NCBI GenBank assembly: GCA_016748015.1
Contig: JAAOMT010000760.1
Location: 859,237 to 923,236, forward strand
Direction of reading: 5' to 3'
Length of the DNA: 64,000 nucleotides
Origin: Geosiphon pyriformis uo1
Lineage: Eukaryota > Fungi > Glomeromycota
Within the stretch, counting starts at the first letter, position 1. Each line of letters starts with the position of its first letter. Both the position numbers and the translations under genes were made by a program. Below are positions 13,326 through 24,294 of the stretch, piece by piece. Below the pieces are notes generated by a model. It did no database searches. It was not told the origin of the DNA and saw nothing but the letters and a program-made list of their open reading frames with translations.

Positions 13326-16300
13326 AGTGTTTAGGTTGGAAGGTTGTTCAATGACAACTATTGGTTCTAAGTTTTGGAGAATATCTTCGGAATTGACTAA
13401 AGAAGAATGTGTACCAATTTGTAAAATTAATGGTTCAGGATTGTTTCTGGAATAATAGTGTTTCAAACTATCTCCATGTGCAACTTTTGCTAGGATTTTG
13501 TCATCAAGTTTTAGCTTGTATAATCTGTTGCCTAGGACTTCATGGATAAAGAATGGTCCATCCCATTTATTTTCAAATTTTTCACTCCATTGTTTTTCAG
13601 CTTTAGTTCTGTGTAAGAAAACTTTGTTTCCGATTTTAAATTCATTGGTGACTGGAAGGAATTTGTCATCATGCCATTCTTTTTGTTGAGCTTGGGAGTG
13701 TTCAATATGGGTGACTGTTATTCGTCATTTTCCTTCCAATGTGCTAAGCAGAGTATAGACTCTTTGCTGAAGCATTTCTTGGAAATTGTTTTCATTGATT
13801 GGTTGTGCTGGATATGTTTCCACTGTGAAACTAATTGGTAATATTGCTGTTCTTCTGTAAGTTAAATCAAATGGTGTGTGTTTTGTAGTATCTTGTTTTA
13901 GTGTTCTGTATGTTAGCAACACTGATGGAATAAAGATATTCCACTTTTGCTCAAAATTGGTTGAGACTTTGGCTAATGACTCACACAATGTTCTGTTAAA
14001 ACGTTCCACAAATCCATTTGTTTGTAGATGGTAGAGCAAAGACAGAGGTCTTTTGACATTAAATTGTTCACAAATTTTTTGTATCAGGTTGTTCACAAAG
14101 TCTGTCACCTGATCGGATAAAAGTTCAATTGGACATTCATGTCTACAAATAATGTCTTCGTAGATAAAATTTGTTACTGATTTAGCATCTGCTCGTTGAA
14201 TGGCTCTGGCTTTGGGCCATTTAGTAAGATAGTCTACAGCTATTGCGATATAATGGTTTTCTTGAGTGGTGATAGATAGTAATCCAACTAAATCAATACC
14301 AACTCAGTCAAAGAGTTGTCCAACTTTAATTGGATTTAATGGTTCAGTAGGGCGTGTTCCTTTTCTTCTTTGACAACTATCATAAGATTCAACATATTCG
14401 TGAATGTCTTTTCTCATTTGAGGCCAAAAGTAGTATTCTAGTGTTCTTTGGGTGGTGCTATTTTTTCCGAAGTGTGCTGATAAAAAATCTGAGTGCATGT
14501 TGTATAATATGGTCTCTTTTTTCTGTTCTTGTATTAATCTGAATGGTTTGTCTGGGTTTTTGAAATTTCGATGATAAATAATGTTGTTGTGTAGAAAATA
14601 TTGTTTGGCTTGTTGTTGTAGTCAATGTTTTTCATCTGGAGACCAATCTGTTGGATTGTTAATGTTTCCAAATATTGTTTGAGATTGTTGTAGTTTTCTG
14701 AATTCATTGTTTGTTGGCTCTTTTGGTTGGTTAAGTTGAGTGTTGTTTTTTGTGTTTTCTAATCTTGTCTCATTCTGGAGAGACAGTCAACATTGGTGTA
14801 AAGTTTTCCTGGTTTGTGATGTACTATGTATCGATAGTTTGCTAGAAATCCTGTCTATTGGGTTTGTTTTGCATTCAGCTGAGTATTTTTGTTTTAAAGC
14901 CATTTAAGTCCAATATTATCAGTGATAATATCGAATTCTTTGGGTCTGAGATAAAAGTTAAAGTGATGTAGGGCCCAGATTACTGCTGCGGTTTCTAATT
15001 CTGTTGCAGGATAGTTCTTTTTGGCTGGCTTTAATGTTCTACTAACATAAGCAATTACTCGCTCATTTCCATTGTTATCTAACTGTGATAGGATGGCACC
15101 AAAGACAGTATAAGAAGCGTCAGTTGCTAACCGGAATCGGTTGCTGAAATCTGAGTAGGCGAGAATTGGAGCTATTGGGAGTTTTTCTTTAAGTATTTCG
15201 AAGGCATTTTGATTTTATTCTGTCCATTTGTATTCGACTTTTTTAGTAGTAAGCTGTTTGAGAGATTTTGCAATTTCTGAAAATCCTTTGATGAATTTTC
15301 AGTAATAGGATGCTAATCCAATAAATTCTCTTAATTCTGTGGCATTTCGTGGAGTCTTGAAGTTCTTGACAGTACTGATTTTTCTGGGGTTTGATTTAAT
15401 TTCATCTTTGCTAACAATGTGACCGAGAAAAGCTAAACTTGTTTTTCCAAAGTAGTATTTTTCAATGTTCAGTTTCAATCTTGCTTTCCATAATTGTTGA
15501 AAAACTTCTCACAGGTAAATTAAATGTAACTCGAAAGATGGTGAATAAACATCAGTGTTATTAAGATAAACTACTACTGATTTCCAAAGGAGGCCTTTGT
15601 AAACAACATCTATGAGTCTTTGAAATATTGCTGGTGCATTGCATAATCTAAAAGGCATTACATTGAACTCGTAATTTTCTCCTTGAGTGGTGAATGCTGT
15701 TTTGGGGTGGTCTTTGGGATGCATAGCAACTTACCAGTATCCACTCTCTAAATCTAATGTTAAAAAGTATTTGGACTTTCCAAGGGCATCCAACATGTTA
15801 TCAATTCAGGAAAGAGAGTAGGCATCTCTAATGGTGACACTGTTGAGTTGTCGATAATCAACACAAAATCGTATCTTTCCATTTTTTTTTTAACTAGGAC
15901 CACAGGTGAGGCCCATGGGCTTATTGATGGTTGAATAAGCCCATTGTTAAGCATCCATTGTACTTCTTCTCAGATAAATTGGTGACTTTTTAGAGCAACT
16001 TGGTAGGCTTGTTGTCGCCTTGGTTTGGCATCTCCTGTATAGATTTGGTGTTAAACCAAATCAGTTCTTCCTAAGTTATTGTTGTTTTCAGCAAAGATGT
16101 TGGCAAACTTTGCAATTAGCTCTGTGAGCTAGTTTTGTTGTTGTGGTTCAAGTTGTTCTATGTTGATTTGAAATACTTTTTCCATGACAACATGGTAGTT
16201 TTTAGAGCTAGGGTTTGGATTGATTTTTGGTAGTGAATGTTCAATGATTTCTGGAAAATTGAGAACTGTCTGGAGTAGTTTTTGTTGAAAGATGTTACTG

Positions 16301-19300
16301 TAAATGACTCCAATTTCTAAGTTATTTAATAGAACTATGAGGTAATTGTTGGGATTGTAAAAAGTAACTTGGACTTTCTTTGTTCTTTCTGGAATATAAA
16401 TGTTTGGAACCAAAATGTTATGTTTCAAGCAGACTTGTTCATTGGACTCAAAAATTTGTTGTGTGGTTGTTGGCTTTGGACAGATGTAGATTTCCAGATG
16501 TTTTTCAAAGGGTGAGATGGTAATTGGTTGTGGAAGTCTGAGAATCTGGTGGAATTCGTTTTGTGTGTTAAGAGCTATATTAACTGAAACTGTGAATCAT
16601 CCAGTTGAACTAAAACTTTGGGTTCCTCTATCACTTTTTCCTAATTGTTTTCTTTGACTAACTAGTTGCAAACCCAAAATGTTGATTAGGGATAGGTAAA
16701 TAGCTTGGGCAATTTTTTTAGCATGGTTGATCTTGAATGGTTTGTCAGTTTCATTTTGGAGCATTACTGTAATGTCTTCCGTATATCCAACATCGATTAT
16801 TCCTCCTCTAACATTGATTTTTTTGCTTGCCAGAGAGGACCGGGAGACAATTTGAACCATTGCTCCTGGTGGGATTTCGAGTGCAATTTTTAGGTTGATT
16901 TTTGTGAGAGATTTGGGTTTGAGAACAAGAGGATTCTTGTTTAGATATCTTAGGTCATATCCAGCATCAATTTTATGTGCTTTTTCAGGTTTTATTCCTT
17001 GTCCATTGTTGTTAAAGTATTTGAGTTGTAAGGCAGGCTGACTTTTGATAAAATAGATGGGTGTTGTTTTAATTTCTTCTGTTGCTTCAGGTTCTCCAAA
17101 TTCAATTTTGTTTTCATCATTTTCACTGGGCAGGGGAATGCTAAGAGCATAGCATTCAGGGCACCATTGTTCATTACAAGACATTATGCATTCTTCACAC
17201 AATTTAACGTTCATTTGCTCTAGCCATTAAACTTGAGCTTTTTTGGTCAGGTAAGTGTGACTGGCAATTTGGTAATATATTTCTACTTCATCTTCATAGT
17301 TGTATCCAGCAATTTCAAAGGTGTATGCAATGTATTCTGATTCTTTCATTTGACAAACATTTTTTTGAGTGGCTCCATTGATTAGAGCCATTGCTAGATC
17401 AAAAATCATTTCAGCATCATGAGGGTAATGATACAGTTTGTTGAGGGCGCTGTTGTAGACAGTGTCAAAAAAAGTTCCTCTTTTGACTTTTTCTGAAATT
17501 GATAAAGCATATTGGCAGGTTTAATTGCAGACTCTTCCTCTCATTGCTACATCAATCCAATTGCATTCTTCTGGTAGCATATCTTCACAAGTCAAACAAG
17601 AGGTGTTGTCCCATTTTTTACTTCTTTTTATTAGATGACCCTATCGTTTTCTGTGGCACGTCTTGCAATAATAACAAGTATGATTTTCATATTCTTCTTC
17701 AGGTGAAATGCAGGCTCTCATTGATGAGAGTTTCTTGTGGCAATCTTTGCATTTGAGTGGAATGTAAGAGTGTTGTTTCCGTGGCTCTGGTTTTGAATAG
17801 GGGACATTCCATCCAAGAGTTATTGGTTCTTTTGTTTCACAAGGATTGTTTGTTGAAAAATACTGTTGTTTAGTTTCATCAGCCCAATTGAAGATTGATC
17901 CAAGTGCCATGAAAGTTTTGATTGTTGGTTTTTTTTCTTCTGGTTCGAATTCAAAAGCCGGGGCCTTTTCGGAGCATTTATTGAATGTACCACAAGTGAC
18001 AGATACTCGGGCATGTTGTTCTTGGTAGAAAATTTGTAGTTCTTGGGTTTCCCAGTCTAATTTTGCATTGGCTTTTTGGAGCCAATCATTTCCGACAAGG
18101 GTTTGATATTGGAGAACATCCATTACAAGAACTTTGATTGGAATGGTGATTCCATTAAGAGTGAATAAAAAATTGTCGATTTCTTCTACTGGAGTCTTTT
18201 TCATGTCATTAGCAGTGACAATAATTGTCTGAGCTGGTCAGTTAACGTTTCTCTTTAGCTGCTGCATCAATTGATATGTGATGATACTTCTAGTGAATCC
18301 ACTGTCTAAGATCAAACGAATTGGCTTTTTTTCTACTTCAGCTTCTGTGTACATTATAGTGATGGCTTTTTGCTCATTAGCCGCTGCATTGCTAAGCAAG
18401 AACGGTGATTCATTTGCTTCAAAATTGAAGGGAAATATATCTGAAAGATTGGCGTTTTCAGCAATTCTGGCTGGTAGGATTGTGGTAGGAATATACAAAG
18501 GGTTTTGTTGTTGTGCTGTAGCTCTACCTTCTGAGGGTGCAGTATGGTGAAAATCCTGTTTTTCTGGCATTGTTAAATAACTGGGTTGAGTGTGGTAGTG
18601 GTTGAGTTTTGGTTGAGTGGAATTTCGGGGAACTAATTAGTTGTTCAAACTGATTTTATTGTTGTTTACATGGTATCAGTTTTGTGGTGTAAATTGATTT
18701 TGTGTAATCAGTCTTTGAGCAGGTACTTGATAATGTTGTGTAGGTGGTTGTTGGTATTGCTGTTGGATTGGCTGTGGGGTGGACTGATAATAGTTACTTT
18801 GGTATTGGGGTTTTGGTGGATAGTAAGCTGGTGGTGATAGTTGATAATAAGATTGCTGTGGTGGAGAGTAATGTTGATTACTCCTATTTTGTTGGTCTCA
18901 TTGTAGCTTTCTGCAATCTCTTTTCCAGTGGCCAGAGATTCTACAGTAATGGCAATTCTGAGGCTGGTTATTGGAAAGTGGTGCAAAGTTATTTTGATTT
19001 CGTCTTTGGGGTGGTTAATATCTTTGGGGTTGTTGTTGTTGTTGGTTGGTAAAATAGTTTTCGACCTTTTTTGTAAGTTGGTCAATTTTTTCCTCAGCTG
19101 CTGAGCTGGTTTCTCCAATTGCCAAATTTACAAGTTTTGTACAATTGGCTTCTTCCATAGCCATTTCATATCTTTTTGCATGTTGGATGGCAGAGTTCAA
19201 ATCTTTTGGGGCATGTGGGCGAATCTTTTTAATTAGTTTATCTTTTAGACCAGCAATAAATTGATCCAAGATTTGAGCATCAGAATAATAATTGTTTGTT

Positions 19301-20388
19301 TCGAGTTGGCGAATTTGTCTGAGAAGTTTGTTGAATTTCCTAATATAAGTCATAACAGATTTGGAGGGTTCTTATTTGATATTGCGAAAACGATTTCGAA
19401 GGGTGATAGAGGTATTATTGTTGGTGAACTGTTCAAAGAAGGCTGCTTTGAAAGTGTCTCAATCATTGAATTGAGCAGCCAAGTTTTTAAACCATTCTCC
19501 TGCTGTTCTTTTGAGAAAGTAGGAAATTGTTCTTAACATTCTGGTAGCATTCCATCTATTTACATCTCCAGCTTTAGTAACTTAATTGAGCCATTCTTGG
19601 GGACTGGTCTCAATATTTTCTCCATTGAATTTGGGAATTTTTGCAATATAAGCTGTCATTTCATCTTCTTCACTTTCACTGTGGATTGATTCTTCTTTTT
19701 CTTCGGATAATTCAGAATTGTTTTCGTCATGAATGGCTGTCTTAGAATGTTCACTTCGATTTTCTATTAAAAAGTCAAGAAGATTAGTGCTAGTTTGAAG
19801 GTGTTTTGTTGTTGAATAAGGCTTTTGGGTGACCAAAAATTTTCTATTCTTGAAAACCGAATAAGTAGTGAGCTTGGTATTTGTGGTTGAGCAAATGAAA
19901 TTAGAAATGGTGTAATAGAAAGTGGTAATTTGACACTGGTTCCTTGTTCAGGTGTTTGCAAGTGTTTGGCAATTGTTTTTGGTAGTATTGGAGTATTTAA
20001 AGTAGTTCTTGAGTATTGCTTTGATTTTTGTTTGTCTTTGTTGCTTGTTTCTGTTTCTGATTCAAAGTCAATAGAGTATTGAGACTGTACTGGGTATTTT
20101 TCTTTACAATATTCAATAATGTTAAAATTAAGTTCTTAAAAATAGGTAGCAAGAATGTCACTGTTAAGGTCTTCAGTTCCCAACTGTGAATAATATACTA
20201 AATTGTTGTAAAGATTGCTTCTAACTTCTGAGATGTTGTAATTTCCAAAAAGATAATTGTTAATGCGGTTTTCAATGTATTGATTTCCCGATAACTTCAA
20301 TTCCATCTAGAATGTTGAATCTTTGCTTGCAGTGGGTGTAAATCGATTAGTAATACTCTAGAGTTGTTGCATCTGGTATGGTTGCCAC
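13326..20388 (-). pseudogene. Gag-Pol of element A: Gag + CCHC, aspartic protease, Cys-rich insert, dUTPase, RT, RNase H, integrase
   Basis: CHYCRISGHWKRDC (~18915-18955); LILDSG and LVGNDWL; SPWASPVVLV, KTAFTT, MPFRLCNAP, YLNN (from YLDD); ATDAS; HSDFLSAH..YFWP, YHLQTNGFVERFN, WDGPF. Confidence 0.92.
16600..17020 (-). pseudogene. dUTPase domain inside Pol of element A
   Basis: All five trimeric dUTPase motifs: AGYDL, SRSSLA, GIIDVGYTEDI, IAQAI, RGTQSFSSTG. Confidence 0.92.
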
Positions 20389-20419
20389 TTTGAATTTGTT
20401 GTTGCTGTGTTATTTTTAT

Positions 20420-20431
20420 GGAAGAGCACCA
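20420..20431 (-). promoter_or_regulatory. Primer-binding site of element A (TGGTGCTCTTCC)
   Basis: TGG (complement of tRNA CCA) 2 nt inside the 5' LTR; priming tRNA not determined. Confidence 0.8.
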
Positions 20432-20433
20432 AA

Positions 20434-21412
20434 TGTTATCAGAGGTTTTTGGTCTCTTTTTTTAAATGTTGTTGATGCCTGTTTGTTGTGAATTCACGTT
20501 TTCTGGATGTGGTTGAACTTTCAATAACTGAATTTATCTTCAAATTATCTTCTATAATTTGAACTTGCTGGGCTTATAAGTAGAATGGCCAATTCCATGC
20601 CAGTTATTTTGTATAGTTACATTGTAGTAAACATCAACTCTTTCCCAGGAATTGCTCGTCTAAAAGCTTACTAAAATGTGTAGTTACTTTGCTGTGAAAG
20701 TCAACTCTTCTACAGGAATCTCGTCTGTAGGCTACCTTACTGATTGTAATAAGAAAAAAAAAGAAAAATAAAAGAAATGTAAAAGAAATAGAATTTTGTC
20801 AAGGGAGATGTTTTCAATCCAGGCCTGGAGTCACTAATAGTTTATTGAAATTCGTAGCTAATCAATTTCAAAACGTTAGTTGAGTTTTGAGAATTTTCCA
20901 AGTGCAATAATTAAAGAGTTTTTGGTTTTTCGAATTATTTTATTTTTATTCTTTTTGTGTATATAGGAGTGGTTCTAAGTAATAAATCTAAAGTAAGATA
21001 CATTTTCTCAAAGAGAGAAGCTCTTCTTTTATACAACTTGTCATAACACTATTCTATAAACTTGAACTTTGCTATTTTCTACAATTTCGCTGAACTAAAG
21101 ATACATTTTGGCAAACTACAAGTTATTTCTGCGAACTTTTAGATATTTTGGTGAGCTATCAATTATTTTGGCAAATTTCTACAAATTTTGGCAAACTTTT
21201 GAATGTTATATAGTTCGGAGTATTACATAATTGATTATTGCAATTAGGTTATATTTGTGTTGTATACAAATTGGGTTATTAATTAAATGATAATTTTGAA
21301 CATTTTGCTAATCTAATAAGTGATAATTTGAAATGATAATATATGCTAATTAATGATAGGAATTATAAGATAATTTCATGCTAAATAATATCTCTAATTT
21401 TGTCTAGTAACA
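20434..21412 (-). repeat. 5' LTR of element A (979 bp)
   Basis: tgttatcag...ctagtaaca; TATAAAAG on the minus strand near 21025-21032. Confidence 0.95.
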
Positions 21413-23400
21413 CCAGTCTATAAAGTAGTGTCAATGTACAGAAATTTAACCCAAATTATGCTATGTTGAAAATTGCATTCAGAAGTACATTGATGAAACC
21501 TTGAGAGGACTATGTCAATGTCTTTTTTCACCATCTGAAACAGTGCATAATGAACTGAATGTCGCAGCAGTTTTATGCTTCTTACACATCACTAGTACAG
21601 GCCAGCAGGACAGAAAAGTTCAGACTATTGTGAGAATTGGCAGTCGAAAAAAATGTTTTAGTCATTTATATTTGTTTATGTGATCCTGAATTGAAGAACT
21701 ATCCAAATTGTTCGGACATTGCCACTGAATTCACTGGAAAGGCATATTTAGAAGCTTATTATTTTGTCTTTCTAGTGGCTTTGTTTTGCAAGTGTTCAGA
21801 GTTCATGAACATGCAACTTCAACTTCATGAAAAAATACTGAAGAAGACATGTGGCTGCATATTTGATATTTTTATCAATAACATTTGTAATGATATATTC
21901 AACTTGTAAAAAAGTCTTTAAGACAATATGAAAAGTGAGATGAAATTGAGGCTCAGCGATACCAGAGGATCTCAGATTAAGAACATTTGAAAAGAGGTAG
22001 CAGTTCAATATAAAAAACTTATAGTTACATTGAAGAAGCTAAACAAACATTTATTAAAAATGTTGTTGGCTTTTGATAAAGCCAGAGTGCTCACCAAAAA
22101 TGATAATTTCTGTAATTTGTGGAGGGCACTACAGGCTGTTCTGGGCTCGGGTGGTGGTTTTATGGCACTTTTTACAAACACTCTATCAAAAGTTTCAAAT
22201 TTCTTTTCTGCAAATTGTCATGATTTGTTCACCAAAATCAGCTCTGAAGGACAAAGGCTGTATAAACCATTTTATTTACTTAATGTGTTGAACTGCCACA
22301 TGTAAAAACCAGCAGTTGTTACAGTTTCAATGGCAATGAATCAAATTCGCTACATGGGCTGTCTTTATTGAGCAGATATTGCTGACCAAGTCATTGTAGA
22401 ATTTGCCACAGAGAAAATTCTTTGCAACAGTAAGAAAGCCAGAAACATATATGAAATAAAGCAAATTGTGGTTATCGAAAAAGTAACAGAAGCATTAGCA
22501 ATTTTTGGACTATGGCTTTATTTGGAAATCTCAAGCCTTTCACAACAAGCATCTGAGTTAGTCAGTAACTATATAAGAATCTTGTGCCATGTTGATGAGA
22601 CACGGGAATCTCTTGTCACTGCATGTCCAAGTGAACTAATGTTAACTGAGGCTACAAGCCATATAATGAACTGATCTGGAATTCTCATGCAAGTTTTGGG
22701 CCAATTAGTTAGCTCAATTAGGAATTACATTGTTGTTAATACAGGTAATCAGAGTGAATTTGTCAGTAGAATCCTGTGTCTTTTGGCAATTGACAAAGCA
22801 ATTCAGTCAAAACCCAAAGTCTGGAACATATATTTACAAACCATCACCATACAAAAATTTTTTGACGCACTTGTTGGTCAGGACTCTTGGAAAAAGCTTA
22901 GTTCAATTTTTACTATTCAAGCCAACAGTATAACACTTCGTGATAGCAAGATCAGGTTTAATTATTTCGCATACGTTGAGTTCACGCCTACAAGGCTAGA
23001 TCTTATCAAATTTTTCTTTCATGGTACAGCAGTTTTTTGTAAGCAAAATCAAAAAGAGGATATTATCATTCCAGTTGCCATGGTTTGAGATGATAAAACT
23101 CCAATCACAGAGGAGAACATGACATTTATTGGTATCCAAGTCAGGAATCGTAAAGCTGATGGTTCAACTGGTAACAAAGAGCAGCAAGAAGGAAGCAAAC
23201 AATCATTTAAATGACAAAAGATGGATAATATATTCAAACAAACAGCTCATTATATTGGCATTGATGACTGCAAACTTTTCTTTCTACCTTACCTTGGGAT
23301 TTAAATAAGTCTTGGAGTGATATCTGAAGATATTGAATACAATAACACTTTAGACATTGGAGTAAAAACATGAACAAAAGCCAAGAACAGAATAGAACAT
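21413..23400 (+). pseudogene. Crinkler-type P-loop NTPase + PD-(D/E)xK restriction-endonuclease-fold gene, decayed and 5'-truncated by the LTR
   Basis: FYASYTSLVQASRTEKFRLL (degenerate Walker A, QxSGTGKSRL), VIYICL, LLAFDKAR (Walker B, FDEAR), YMG.L*, PSELML.EA, NTGNQSEFVSRILCLLA, C..NQ..DIIIPV, FIGIQVRN. Confidence 0.72.
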
Positions 23401-24294
23401 TTGAGCATTTATAGACTCTCAAAAAATGTGTATGCATGTTTCAATGGTGCAGATAGTAACATAATAAAATTACTGTTGCACAAGTTGTTAATATCTTATG
23501 TTGACCCTGTTGAAAAAAAAAATGGCATTCTTTGGGATAGACATAATGCAAGTAATGAGTGAGTCCAACAGTACAAAGAAATTGTGAAGAATATGGAGTC
23601 TTTATGGTATAATGAAGGTATGTCAATGTATTGTTTGTTTTTTTGTCAGATTTACTAATCTTCTCTTATGCTAAAAAGGTGAGAAAAAAAAATACAAAAG
23701 GGCATAAACAGTACAATAAGAATGGAACAATAGTTGTTATTGGTCTGATCTAATTTCTTACTGCCAAAAAACTATTATTGGATTGTGCAATAATAAAATC
23801 AATAAAGCTCATTTAATTTGTCCAAATATGATGTGAAAAAATTACAAGATAATAAAAATTAATATATAAGATTACCTATATATGAATAATAATAATTACA
23901 ACCATTTTACCAAATATGAAAAAGCAATTTATTTTTTGCAATTGTGGTTATTCAAAAAAAATCCCAAGAAAAAAAATTTGTTGAATTGCATAAGATATTT
24001 CAAGTTCACTTTAAATTTAAACAAAATATATTTTTAATCACTCAGCTAAAAACAATGAATAATAAAAAAATAACTACTAGTTAATATTTTAAAAATTAAT
24101 CATATTTATTTAAAAAATGTAAAAATTATTTAGTAACAAATATAATACTATGTATTTATAATAACATAAAACAAATGTTATAATAAAAAACAAATAATTA
24201 TTGCTATTGCTGTAAAAAATTTTCTTAAAAATTATACTAAAATTTATGGATTATCAAGTTTAATAAAAATATAAACTGATTATTTAATTGTTTA

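Larger units (their letters stand above)
11539..21412 (-). mobile_element. Ty3/Gypsy-type LTR retrotransposon A (non-chromoviral, dUTPase-bearing, extra ORF3), decayed
   Basis: ~980-bp direct LTRs (TG..CA; left copy TA..CA); PBS and PPT; PR-RT-RH-IN domain order. Confidence 0.95.

Noticed and set aside
13326-13500. Chromodomain at the integrase C-terminus
   Set aside because: Only a short tail follows the GPF module; no YLVKW-like motif
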